Shown piece by piece: positions 51,201-64,000 of a stretch of DNA of 64,000 bases (position 1 is the first letter of the stretch; every line of letters starts with the position of its first letter). The position numbers were made by a program, and so were the translations under genes. Under the pieces are notes generated by a model that did not search any database, was not told the origin of the DNA, and worked only from the letters and a program-made list of their open reading frames with translations. Origin of the DNA: Balanoglossus misakiensis (lineage: Eukaryota; Animalia; Hemichordata); NCBI GenBank assembly GCA_040954595.2, contig CM082588.2, positions 5,024,156 to 5,088,155 on the forward strand, written 5' to 3'.

Positions 51201-54200
51201 ATCCATTGCAAGGCCTAATAAACTCTACAATTCTTGCCTAGAGCTTCCACTACAATGCAAGTCGAATCCAGAAGAACTGGTTTAGAGTATACTATATAAT
51301 CACGCGTTGTAGAACCCAATACACAAGACCCCTGAACACATCTCAATTACATTCAACGATGGTAGCTCTCTTGCCCTTAAGAAGAGGGTCTCCTTCAAAG
51401 CCCATTAAACCTCTCACATTAACATCACGAGCGAACGCACGACTTTACCACTGAGAATTCAAGAAAGAGGTTATACGAAATGAGGCTAGGTTATAATTAG
51501 GTCAAAACAATGAGCTCGAAAGAAAGGATGGAGGGATGATAAAACAAAAAGAAAACAGAAATAATAGCTTCCTCATTATAAAGTTCACAGCTGTCTCAGA
51601 TGTAGGGTTATGTACATGCCATTACCAGTACATCAAGAACATTTATCAAAATGTCCCAAGGCATTTTCTCCTGTTGTCGTTCACTAAAAAATGTATGTAC
51701 ATTGTCTGTACTAGAAACACTACATTTATTCTAAATTTTAAGGTGGTTTTCTTTCAGAAACAAAGAGACTTGAGATCACTCTGTGCTTATATGTCTCAGT
51801 ACAAAAACAACTGTTTTCTGTATGAAGTGCAGGTAAATTTGACTAATTTTTAATTTGGTTCCTGAAAATAAGGTCTGAAAAACATATATGTTTGTATTCA
51901 AATTCATTCCAGACTAGCTTGAATATAGTTGAAATAATGTTTTATCATTAATTTTAAATCCATCTTTGTGGCTTATAAATATCAATAAAATAGATATGTG
52001 TACAATGGAACTCACCACCTTGGGGTAGAAGGTACTCACAAAGCCTCTTGATAAGGTTGTCTGAATATATGGACGTCGGACAAGCTCCAACAAAGTGATA
52101 GAAGACATTGAAACCAGCCTGTTGAAGGAAACAAAAACATGTTTTCTGAAACATTTTCTGTCGTGACTGTTTACAAAACAAAATACGGCTTCATGTAATC
52201 CCGCAGGTCTGTGGAATCAATTCTAAAAATTGTGTTCTTATTCGGGGATTCGAATTTTGATGGTGGTCGTGAGAACACATAAATGATATTTTCCCCAGAC
52301 TATTTTCGTACACTGTATGTATGTGTGATAAAAATAACCACTGAAAATAACAGCAAGAGATGGGACAATCTGCATCCTTTAAATAGCCGTGGTATTTATA
52401 AGCTCCATCACGGGACTATTATGTCTGCCAACAAACATGGTCGGGGTAAGGGGGCACCAATCTCACATCTATTCATATCAAGATCAGCATCTGTGATGGT
52501 TGCCAAGGAGACGCTAGTTACATCAAGTTTCTCTGTGGAGAAATTGCCTTGATTTGGGGACTGTAGAGCCTAAAAACCTTAGAAACATCTTGCAATATTT
52601 TAGACAATAATCGCCTTAGACAATAACATGCTTTTCAAGTCTGATATATTTTTTTATTCCTGATTCATTTTTGACATCATCCATATATAGCTGTGACCAA
52701 CAGTGTTATTGTCAGCTAAGCTAGGTGGGTGCTAGTATTGTTGTCAACTGAGCTAGGAGGTCCGTGTAGTGTGCATGTAATAACCCTCACCTGTCTGGCT
52801 TCAATGACAGTCTTGGCCATGACTGCCGACTTTCCAGTCCCCGAGTTGCCGGCGACAACCAACATCCAGCTGTCCATTTGAACTTTGCCCCCTTTGACCC
52901 TTTTAGACGACCTATGACCCGTACCGCTTCCAGGCCTTCCGGTGCCGTTCTGTCCGGTAAACAAGTCTGTTCCGTTCACGTTCGGAGGACAAGTTTCCAT
53001 GGCAATGATGTCGTCATTATCTCCATCACCCATCCCGTTGCTACTCATCATCACAACATCGCCGTTTGAGAGATTGTGTCCGTTAGCGACGTCACCGTTT
53101 GTCACAAGTATCTGCGGTGATCCTTGAACGCATTTCCCAGCACCCGCTGTGCGCTTGACGACATCGCTGTGCAGCACAGAGCTGTCTCCTTGAGCAAAAC
53201 TGAGTAGGGTGCGGATCAGACGATCTTGTCCGAATACTGTTTGTCCCTTTTGCATCACATAGTTCCAGTGTTGTTCATTCTCTGTGAAAAGTTAGAGGGG
53301 AAGTTCAGTCCAGCTGATTTTTACATTATGTGCTAGGGACCAGACATTTTATATTAAGGGGAAAAATACATTTTAGCCAATCCCATGTATAATTGCATGA
53401 TTTTTTTTACAAAAACAGGGGGAGAAATTGTGGAAGTTACATTCTACTAGGTCTTATAATATTTTGAATCATGGGGAAATAGGCGCCAAGGCTGGACTTC
53501 TGCCCAATGGTACGCAAACATTATGTCCACAGTAAACCATCGTCTGTGCAAAGGGACCCAAACACCAAGGTTGACTAACATCTAGAGACAGTCTACTCTG
53601 CACTTTGTAGAAATTCCCACCTTCTTCTTCCTGTGTCAGAGGTTCCCCATTATGTGGATACTTCCGTCCGATGGCAGTTTTAAAGAAATTAAGTACGTGT
53701 TGGCAAAAGTCGTCCAATCCAACCAGTTTTACCTGCACAGGCAGAGATGGAAATGTTACCAAATGTCAATAACGGAAAGGTCTGGTACGCAAGTGAAGGA
53801 AAAATAAAATTGAAAGCGATTATTTGCACATAACATACATGTTCACATAAACCAGTAAATGTTATTTACTTACAAGTTCCATCCCAGTACTGTCATCAAC
53901 CCCTTCTACTTGGCAACGATAATCATAAACTTGATCAGGGAAATTCTCCCTGACATACCTCTTCAATTCCTGTCAAAGAAATATTTTTTATTCAAGTAAA
54001 CGGTATTTCACAAATAAATATTTGATATCAAATGCACATAGATGACGCAAGCCCACGAATGAAGCACTGCCCTCTACACCATCCATGGATGTCCCTTTTG
54101 TCTATACTTGTGGGCCAGTCTCAGACTGTCGCCAAAGTTAAAAAGGCTCAATTAATTTGATTTGGGGGAAGGGGAGAGAGAGTGAGCTCAATGTGATCGC

Positions 54201-57200
54201 TGAACTACAACTTCGCACTTAAAATTCTGACTTTGACAACTTTTGTTTAGGGACTCTGTTCGCTTGTATATACACACCAAGACCACTTCTGTCATCTAAC
54301 ACAGTTTCAAAGGCAAGGGTATAGGATGACCACTCTGTTTGTGCAACCACCATTCTCTATTCTTCGTTTGTGGTTACTCACTGACTCGTGAAAGCTACTA
54401 TGCAGGCACACACACTCACTGAGTTTATACATAAACAAGCACGACGCGTATCCACACTGTTGCTAGATTAAGTCAGCATCTCTACTATATGTACTGCCAT
54501 GCCGTTCCTAACAGTAACTATTCACACGGATTTCAAAACACTCCACTACTGCACAATGCAATTGAACTCTCCAGTCAACAACTGCAGTTAGCTGTGACCT
54601 CACAGTCGCCAGGGCGACAGTCGACGGCATGACTTCAAAGGTCAAAGGGCGGGGCCGCTGAAAAGCCCTGTATGATCTGGGCATTTCAATAACAGTGGTG
54701 TCTCTACAACAGGTAGACACCTCTCGAGAATAGTTTGCAATGATACCACTGCCTAGCAACCGGGCCATGAACAACCGGTCGGCCATTGTTGTAAGGATTA
54801 CCAATTGTTGTTTTTCTTCTTTATGTTATCTGGATTTTTTGATAAACAGGTAATGTTGTGGCTGGGACCAGTCTAAAGTAGTGCACTTGATCTAATTTGG
54901 GCAGCAACTTGACAAAGTACTTGAAGACAATTGAAAAGTTCACATGAAATAACACAAACGTGTGACAAGTTCAAAAAAAGGTAAACTTGGTCAAAGGTCA
55001 GTTTGGAAATCTCAATACAACTGCTAATAAACGACACATTTTTTTGATGATCTGATATTATGAAATATCTAACTGAGAGCATAATTATCCTATAGGTGCT
55101 ACATAACAGAACTTTAGCATTTGTTTGTTTTCAGGGCGGACAAACAATGAGAATTCTCACTATTTGCTTGTCAGACATAGTTAACATGCAGAAGAGGGTT
55201 CTGCTTAGACTTTCTTTTATTCCGATGTTTGCTTAGCAGATCAAAATGCTAATATTGCTTCTCCTTCAACTTTATTCTATTGTAAGAGTCGTGTTTTTTT
55301 ATCAAGACAGTGTATTTATTTGTTACTGCAATCTTTACATCTTCCCTGTTCTGTGTAAAAGTGCTTATAGTAAAGTTCTCCACTAGGTGAAATGACAGAG
55401 CAGATTTCACCACAAGGAAAGGGCTCCAATCCTAGAGTAGAATATTATATACTACCGGTATAGTGGCCAGTCAAGGGACTTTCCCAAACTGTCCTTTATA
55501 GACAGATGGCCTTTATAGACAAGTCAGTTAATGCACATGTAAGTTGCATAGGGACTATAACAAAGTGGCCACTATAGACAAGTTTCAGGTGGCCACTAAC
55601 ACAGGTTTGACTGTACACAACAAATATCAACATGCATTATAACTCAGTACCTTGAGTTGAGCTTTTGGCAGTTCATCCTCATCCAAGAACTTCTTGACGT
55701 GTTCCAGTGGCACATTGGAGAGGTAGCTTGGATCACGGATCATGAATAAGGCATTGGGATTGTCGGCGAGCAGAGCTCCACGTAGAGTCTCCATGTGGGT
55801 GATGGAAAGATTGGGAACCCACTCGTATTCATGGATAATCTCAATGGGTACATCTCTGGATGTGGGAATCCAGCCATATCTGTAGATGTAAATAAAACAG
55901 AGGAATACACGATTTAAGTTTTTCACCGCTAGAACCATCTAACCTTCACACATCATAGTTTTGTCTGTTCACATTTTTTTTCAACAGTAGTTGTTCCAAT
56001 ATACTAAGGCAAAGGGGGGTTGTAATGTAAGTTCTTATTTTCAAGTTTTAATCAAAAACAACAGGGGGTAGAGATGTCCTGAAAAAAAACAACCACAGCA
56101 TTTTTAGTACTTACCTCTCACCAAGCATGTTAAGAAAGAACGCTTCACCGTCCGTTTCGTCATGGCAACGGTCAATCTCCTCCAGACATGTACATATAGT
56201 AGCTTCCGTGGTGGAGTCTTTCGGAACTCCCCACCTTAAGTCACACTCTATCAGTTGAAGATTCCGTGCCTCACACCATTCTTTCAACTCTGGAAAAACC
56301 TGACAAAATACAGAAAGTCTCATTCACTCAAAGTCACTTAAAGTTTATCAGGTACATTCAAACAATCATTTACCAGTATCCATCAGACCTTAAGAAAACG
56401 GATTAAATAAAAAAAAACTCAATACCTTTTTCACTAATGCTTCTCTTTCTGAGAAAAAGTCAGAAAACGTGGAAGACACAAAAATTCTGACCACTCTCCA
56501 ACCAGTGACAAAGTTGTCCATTCTCGTTCTCTTTCGAAAGTAACTTCTGTGCTGTTTCTGAATCCTACTCCAAGATCGCTGTACTATGTCGGACGCTTCC
56601 TCTTCCGTGATTGGCTCTCCATCTTGCCATTCCACCTTCAAGGCAGCCTCAGCATCAGCTACAAAAAAGACACATTCAGACAAACTTGAAATACAGAGTA
56701 AAATCAAAGTGATGCAATAAATTTCCAGAATGATGTCTCTTTATATTTTCTGTCTCAATGCAATAAAAATCTTACAAGTAAACTATTTTTAATTAGTACA
56801 TGGATTCTACCACTATCATGAGGACTGATCAGGCCACATGGGAACATTTGAACTCCACGCTCCCATAGCACAATATACATGTATGTATGCTTGACTAAAC
56901 TTGACAGTTCTCATCATCTATGCGAGTCATTTGAAACACTTTAAATTTAATTAAATCATGTTATACTGAAAGATCAAATGAAATTACAGATTCAATTCAT
57001 GAGATTACTGACCAAAATAAAATTGAAACAGACTTCTGCCATTTTTAATTAAAATTCAGAATAACCCCACTTTTTAATTAAAACCAACATAATAGCTTTC
57101 ACCTGTTGAGTACTGTGTTACTTGGCTTTTTAATTAAAAATCTAGTCACCCAATGAAATGTCACATCCGTGCTGCACAGTACCACACCTGCATACACATT

Positions 57201-58411
57201 CTGTATCCAGGCCTGGAGAGCAAACACTTAACAAAGTCTTTTCCTATTTCCTTTCTGCTGGCAAAAATCAATATTTCAACAGTGGTACATGTACTGAGAA
57301 AATTAAATTAACATTGTGCAAATAATCAAGCAAAAGTCACTACATCAGAGTGACTACATGTATCAAATCACTCTGTTGGAAAATTTATTGTTACTTTCCC
57401 CCTCTAGTTAGTGTTACTGTAATAGGATATGTTACCTGCTGTATATATTATTATGAAAGCAAAGTGGTGAATTAGTCCTCTCATTGTTGATAACACACTC
57501 TAACTGAATCTGGGCCAGTGCATAAACGTCACAGATGATAAAATAAGGTAAAATCTGCACATTTTCAAAAGTGATGAAAGATTAACCACACAAGTATATT
57601 TATTTTGAATGATGGTTGGATGTGCAAACATGGTAACAGATTGTACGGGTAAAAATTCCTAAATGTTGCCACCCAACACAATGTGCCAATTGATTCTGAG
57701 TCTGCGACATGAAACTAAAAGCTAGGCTATTATGCATTAGAGTCAACAATACCATGGAGTCTATGGCAACTGCTTGCAGGACACAAAATTGGCCAGCTTA
57801 CTAACATTGTCCATTGCCCATAACAACTAATGCACATGCAAGTAGGCCAAAACAGTGCCAGGGATCTGGTCTTAAATTTGAAACCAGCCAAACTACTTTA
57901 CCCAGACTCTTTTCAACGCAGCGCTTTCAAGAGATAAGTGGGCCCTATCATCATGACAATGGTGCCCAAAGAATTGTAAGTGGCCTGATACTGATGTTAA
58001 ATTTAGTCTGTATCATCAACAGTGTGCCTAAGCCCATATGATGCACCACTGACTCAACAAACTCACTGGTGACTCAAGAAAATTATCCACACTACATGCA
58101 AAGGTATAGGGCTGACTCAGAGAAATTTTAAGAAATCCTCAAATTGACTCAAAGATTTTAAAAATACAATGTATGTTTGTTAGAGGGCACACTTTTCTCT
58201 CTTCCTTACCTCTCTCTTTGGCCCTGGTCTCCCTGCGCGACTGCAGCAGACCTTCGCACGCGCTCAGAACCTGTCGCTGTTCCTGTCGCGACAGCGTGCG
58301 GCTCATTTTGGACGAGGCCCGACTGATGAGGCTGCTGCGGTCCAGCTTCCCTTCCACCACCAGCTGCTTCTCCAGGGGGCTCATTTTCGGAAGGGAGACA
58401 ACGGTTCCCAT
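45214..58411 (-). CDS. DUF4062 + NACHT-like P-loop NTPase (TEP1/NPHP3/NWD-like STAND protein) with C-terminal Cys-rich zinc-binding domain, 15 coding exons, ~994 aa
   Basis: Exons 58411-58210, 56658-56426, 56299-56115, 55879-55651, 53969-53874, 53732-53621, 53281-52791, 52118-52016, 49839-49712, 49271-49059, 48828-48616, 48224-48024, 47222-47001, 46777-46603, 45395-45214 join in frame (2985 nt), all GT-AG. DUF4062 motifs RIFVSSTFSDFFSEREAL, DLRWGV, CLEEIDRC, LGERYGWIP; Walker A GNSGTGKS; FYHFVG; Walker B LLIVVDAVNQ; NALWL; FFHQAI; ELPYQL. Confidence 0.9.
47427..47602. mobile_element. Small non-autonomous TIR element (MITE) flanked by TTAA, Kolobok-like termini
   Basis: Left end ttaa-aggtatacagtcacct and right end aggtgaccatacacct-ttaa are inverted repeats (17/20 match including TTAA). 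176 bp, non-coding, intronic. Confidence 0.7.
55458..55615 (-). mobile_element. Remnant end of a pogo/Tigger-like non-autonomous DNA transposon
   Basis: Ends in caggtttgactgta (reverse complement TACAGTCAAACCTG, pogo-type TIR plus TA) with internal repeats gtggcc(a/t)(c/t)tatagaca. The other TIR was not found. Confidence 0.55.
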
Positions 58412-61400
58412 TTTTTTGTCGGCTTCCCTAGCTGCTGTCAGAGAAAGTCCTCGTGCAGTACACACACAGCAAAGTTCAACACTGACCCTCTCTTAGTTGA
58501 AGGGTCACATGACTGGCACGAAAACGGTTGTCGGCGCCCGAAATGAATCAGTGGTATTTATTCTGTAATCCTCATAATTATTCCAGATGTTTAATCAGTT
58601 CTTGAATCCCAGCTTTCCAGCGTGGCCGTACTGTCGTACCAATTCACACTGCAAATAAAACATAACAGTAGACAGTGAGGCAGTCATCCAAACAAATATT
58701 CCCCACAGCTGTATAACACACAGACTGACCTGTCACCTCCATAAATGCATTTCCATGACCCGCACACAAAAGCTGGGTAAAACCACATCAGGACAAAGAG
58801 GGGTGTGGCTACAGTTATTGCAGCATGACAGGTATGTATACTATTACAAGTCAGCTTTACAAGCGATTGCTGTATTATCTAATCAAATGCTCTTTTACCA
58901 ACATATCTGAACCGAGTTACCAAAGGTCTAAGAAACCTTTGGGCGAATTACGTGCATGTGAATAGGCCCATGCTGTGATTATTTCACACCCATTTTCTGT
59001 TTGTGATTGTACATCCCAGTGCGGTGCAAACTTCTAGATTGCAATTACAGGTGGACCACGTCTTTGAATCCACGGTCAGTTTGTACAACTGGACAACTAT
59101 ACCAGTGGCTTGTCCGTTGTTGGTCACTGCACTGTTTCCCTAATCCAGTTTTATTAAGCTGTGATTTTACCGAGATGAGAAATCAATTTTATTGCACTTC
59201 AGGACCCATTCATGTGTGCTAAACAACAGAAGTATAAATAAAGTGTTTTCTTAATAGTGGTAATGGAATTCCCCCCTTGGGATATCAATGCAGTGGTATT
59301 ATTGGTCAACAGAAACAATACCAGGATACCCAAGTCATTTAACAATATAACTTATCAAAAACACTAAACCACAATAAAACACCAACAATTACAAATTACT
59401 GAAGCATATCGCATAAGGTATTTGGTTTACAGGAAATCTGCCAAGCATGAAACTGCTTGGGTGAAGTCCTACATTCCTATCACATTCTTGCAACAATTAT
59501 TAATAGTGCACTGGCTTGTCAAGAAAACAATACAACACACACTTTAGCAACGTGAACCCTTGTAAGGAATCTACTAACACAGCAAACTACATTCACACAA
59601 TCTTAATCTTATGTAAGATTGCCTCAAGACACAAAAAAGTCACATGGTGGGAATGGTACAAAATCCTCTGGAGTGAAAACAGAAAAACAAAACACTATTC
59701 AGACAACAGTGAAGTTTTCTCGGTCACCTGGATAAACCATGGAGAACCCCAGATCATCGTCTTGCTAGGAGTAAACATGCCTTGTTACTGACAATGAGAA
59801 AGTGGAACCTAGGGAACGATGGCTGTTTCTCAAAGAACAGGCCATTGTTCCTAATCACATCTGAATTGCAGTCACCTTACGCAACACAATGGCAGAACAA
59901 AAGGTGGTATGACAAAAGCCAGATCGGTGGATTGTAACAATCTTCTGGTGTATGACATACCTGATGGATTCCCCCATTGTATTTCACCTCTTATCCACAC
60001 AGACTTTTCTTTCCAATAACCCGAGTATTGTGTTTCCCTTCATCCCAGACTAACATATCATCAATTATGGATGATCAACTCCCTGTAAATTAACACACAA
60101 ACACACCTATCCCCGGTTGTACTATATTTCTCATCATCAATCATTTTCCAATAAACCTGTCACAGATATGTCCAAAAAGTGGATCAATTCAAACAAACCC
60201 TTTATTGATCTTTTTTTACAGGGGGCTTGCATCAATGCTTTGTTTGCCGATATTTCGACAATCTGACTGAAGACACCTCACTGTTTTTGTTTCAATCTAA
60301 CTTTGGAGTTCTTTGGTAAATATTTGATGACAAGGGACAAGCTATTCATCATTGGTTACCATTAGATATTTATTTGGTTTGCAGTCGATCAGCCAAAACA
60401 TCAACTTGCGTCACCAATCTACAATCTAACGTTACCTAAATGAATGGTGATACAGCTGTTGGTCAACAGTGACTGATATTTCAGGAAAAACTTCTATGAA
60501 ACAAAAATGCTCCCCTATCCATACAAAAACATGATTAGTTATGGACAGTGCCACTTTAAAAGCACCTGCTATACTTGAAGGAAATTAATTTTGCATACAA
60601 TATTATGATGTTTTCACAACAAAATTAAAAGGTATGGAGCCTGTCACATTGCTACTACAAGTAAAAGCCAAGACAATCTGCACAGATTATCATGTGTTGA
60701 ACACCAACATATAATGTTCTTTTAGTTTTATCTTCTTTATATTGGTGTCTTTTAAGTCTTAATCACTAAGCCTATCAGTCAGAAGATTGCATCTTATTCT
60801 ACATAGCAATCAGATATGTTTGTAGATTATTTTGATTTTTCCATTCTTTTTTCGTCAACTGGGCATGAACTTAATTTTATTGATTTTTATTTAATAATAT
60901 CTTCTGATAGTTTCTGTGGCATAGAAAATCAGTTAACCGCTATCTGAAATTGACAATGTCCATGGTACAATTGTATTGTAATATACATGGTAGAAGGCTG
61001 AGATCTACCCAGTCCCTTCTCTGATGTAAAACTTCATCCAGCCATAAAAATAGTTTTGGACTTGACCACGGTATGGGTCAAAGCATGGACGTACGTCATT
61101 GGTTAAAGTGATCTTGTACTACAATGCATACAGCCATCTTGTAACACAGTGGGCACCTAATGGTGTACCAACTTGGCATGGCATTGACCACGGTCACTTG
61201 ACACTGACACATCAGACAACAAGAACTTTGAAGTCCTCACAACAACAAGGGATCTCAAACAAGTGAAGTAATAAAAACCATGGTATTTTTTGCGGTAATG
61301 TATTCCTTGACAGACCAATTTCATTCAACCATTTACACTTAACAGCTAGTTGGGTCGTATTGTGGTAGTGAATTGAAACAATACATGCAAGAATTGACAC

Positions 61401-63008
61401 ATTGTTGGCAGCGACAAAAAATCTATATTTGCAGCACGGTACTGGTTTAGAAAAAGTAAGACACTGCCAGACGCATGGAAGGCATAGAAAATTTCCAGAT
61501 GTCCAAGTCTACAATTGGTCGAGTGTCATGTTATACACAATGTGTAAATTGAGCCCCAAATCATCAGCTGTTGCCCTAAGCGCCGCAAAGCTGGTGGATT
61601 GGTCAGGCCATTATGTCATTTTGCAGCTGTTACGGTGCTTAACCAATCAATGATCTTGTTGTTTATTGAGCTATTAACACATAACAGTGAACAGTTATAA
61701 AACAAAGTGTTTGTAATCACCGAAAACACTGAATAGCATTGAATTGAAATTGAGTACTCAACACAAAACGCTCACACATTGTTTACACGACTGTCACCTA
61801 TTGTACATTGCAAAACACCGTTCGACGAAAGAAATTAACAGGTTACAATTTCAACAATGAAATTAGACAAAACAATATCAACTTACCCGGCTGCTTTTCG
61901 CTTGCGTTGCTTTGTTCTATGTTAAATTGTACCACCAGTGGGGGTATGACATTTGACAATATTTGAGTTGACAAGTGTGTTCTGTACTTAACTGCAACCA
62001 CTGCACTGGGACAGGATCGCGAATAATGCAGTGTTGATTAATATTATAAGCTCCCTAAAAATGACACAATGCGACAAAAGGCTCACTGGTGAGCTTAACA
62101 GACCGGTTTCACATATAACACCACGCCACGTAAATAATGCAAAGACAAAACACCTTCGGTACAGTTACTTTAGTTTATCCAGCCGTCAGACGAGTTAATC
62201 ACTTTAAAGGAAATATTTACCGCACCAACACACCGGGATATCCTTTGAGGTCACCTAACCTCGTGCTCAAAACACAAACTGTAATGGTAAAATAAAACAC
62301 AAAAATATCTAAGTTTCGACAATGGTATAGGAATATAACATATGTTTTTCTATTTTATTGCAAACTGTATGTGCATACAACATTTTAAATTGCATTATTC
62401 ACACTGTGTTGAATTCACTTTGGTGAAAATAAATTACTATAGAAGAAGGGTGTCGCGTAAACAATACCGTTGCTAAGGGGAAAGGCGGGGCTGAGCTTGC
62501 TGAACTCATCGATGATACATGAAAATAATATAATCAATCGTTTCTAAGTTTAGGCACGTACGTCTGTATGTACATAGACACCATTCCACTGTCTGTGGTG
62601 TGTATCAGCCAACCAAACATTGATATTACACTTTAAAATTTAATGATATGCCTATACATGTAGTAGGCCTAATTTTATGGTCAGCAAATAAGCTTATGAA
62701 ATACAAATGACTTCTTAGCCCTAATATTCACATATTACACAATGATACACATATTATTACTTCTCATTCTAGTCATTGTTTGAGGCTTATCGCCATAAAA
62801 CTTAAAAGGCCAGATAATTTAATTAGCCTTATAACCCTATGGTGATATTGGTAGGCGATATGACGTTTGTTAATTAACCAAAGTTGATGAAATGATTAAT
62901 TTAAGATCAGGAGAAAAAGGAAACGTTTAGGCCTAGTTTCCGAAGGAGTCATCTGATTGAAATTACACGAAGCAAACTCGACATGCAGTTAAAAGTTGTT
63001 TGCGCTTA

Positions 63009-63022
63009 CACTAGAGGGCGCC
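63009..63022 (+). promoter_or_regulatory. CTCF-like motif between divergently oriented genes
   Basis: CACTAGAGGGCGCC, close to the CTCF core consensus CCACYAGRGGGCGC. Confidence 0.45.
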
Positions 63023-63442
63023 GATATGTGTTCTTTTCCACAGATCATGTTTATCAGAAAATGATTAACTTTTATGTAAGAATAGACAGGAGATCAAACC
63101 ATGAACAGCCAGCCATGCAGTTGTAAGGCCTAATGTTTGGTAGACTCAACTTTCCATGATGACTAATGTGATTAAATGTGAATATGCAAATGGAACGTAT
63201 TTTTTCTATAACACACATCAACGCGTCGGGAAAATCCACTTAGGACTAGAATATTTTTTCCATTTCCTAAGCCTATAACAACATTACGAAAAATCCCAGC
63301 CCTCCCATGTTAATTTTGTCCGGGCATTTGAAATGTCAATGAACTTTTTTGAACGCTCCGACCCTTGAACCAAGATGATTAACGTTTAATTCCTATTTTT
63401 TGTCAAACAGTGCAGCTTGTTTGCAAAGTCTGTTGGTCAAAA

Positions 63443-63839
63443 ATGGACATGCTGAATGATCCGCTTCGACTTCGAGAAATCGAAAAAATGGACACGGTTC
63501 GAGAGAAGCAGGAGGCTAGGTACAGAGCCAGATTTGCGCAGTGTGTGGGAATATATCTCCTGCTACTGGGTTCGGCGATAGCTGTTTTTGCTGAGTTTGG
63601 ACCCCGGCTAACCGGCATGACAAGTGCATGGTCGGCTTACATTTGTGGTGCAGGGGGTTGGCTGTTTATGTACGCTTTCCTTCGTGTTCACTTCCCCCGC
63701 TGGACGTGGAATGGCTACGGACCCGTCACGCCCATCAAGAAGGCTATGTTCGTTGCAAACTGCGACACACCTCTTGGTTTTTACACGGTGAAAAAACTAG
63801 ACTGGATCGCCACTATATTTGCTGGAACTAAAAACCCAG
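63443..63839 (+). CDS. First coding exon of a membrane-anchored short-chain dehydrogenase/reductase-like protein (BDH1/HSD17B2/RDH type); gene continues beyond the window
   Basis: Two N-terminal hydrophobic segments, then KAMFVANCDTPLGFYTVKKLD..ATIFAG, resembling KAVxITGCDSGFG..LAxxL..GFxVFAG. Donor CAG|GTATG at 63839/63840; polypyrimidine tract plus AG acceptor at 63997-63998. Confidence 0.7.
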
Positions 63840-64000
63840 GTATGCCAAGAAGTGTATGTAGTTGAGTAAAAATTCATTTTCCGCGTATTCTGGTGGGAGG
63901 TTGCTTGGTTTGGAGGGATGTATAGTCATCGTTGCTTTTAGGTGTAATTGACGTCTCTGTCTCTTTTTCCCTTCCCCCCTCTATCCCTTCTCTCTCAGAT

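Noticed and set aside
45214-58411. Calling the gene TEP1 or NPHP3
   Set aside because: It lacks the TROVE and WD40 regions of TEP1 and the TPR array of NPHP3; only the DUF4062-NACHT-like core is shared.

Overview
Eukaryotic, intron-rich, AT-rich animal DNA. Gene content and repeat style suggest an invertebrate deuterostome (inference). Genes reconstructed by hand from splice signals and frame continuity: (1) a 10-coding-exon DONSON orthologue (+, 612-4336) with one U12-type minor intron; (2) an intronless rhodopsin-class GPCR (+, 5195-6220) with NKY in place of DRY; (3) two tandem two-exon TRESK/KCNK18-like two-pore K+ channel genes (-); (4) a 15-exon DUF4062 + NACHT-like (TEP1/NPHP3/NWD-type STAND) gene (-, 45214-58411); (5) the first coding exon of an SDR-like membrane protein (+, from 63443). 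There is also a 7.7-kb array of 56 x 137-bp hairpin-rich units (8803-16468) with higher-order structure, bracketed by a ~620-bp direct repeat that carries a CTCF-like motif. Most notable: the STAND protein has no WD40/TPR tail. It ends instead in a 12-ligand Cys/His domain that follows the PHF5A/Rds3 zinc-knot pattern, and it begins with an NPHP3-like myristoylation motif. No database searches were run; all homology calls come from motifs recognised by eye.
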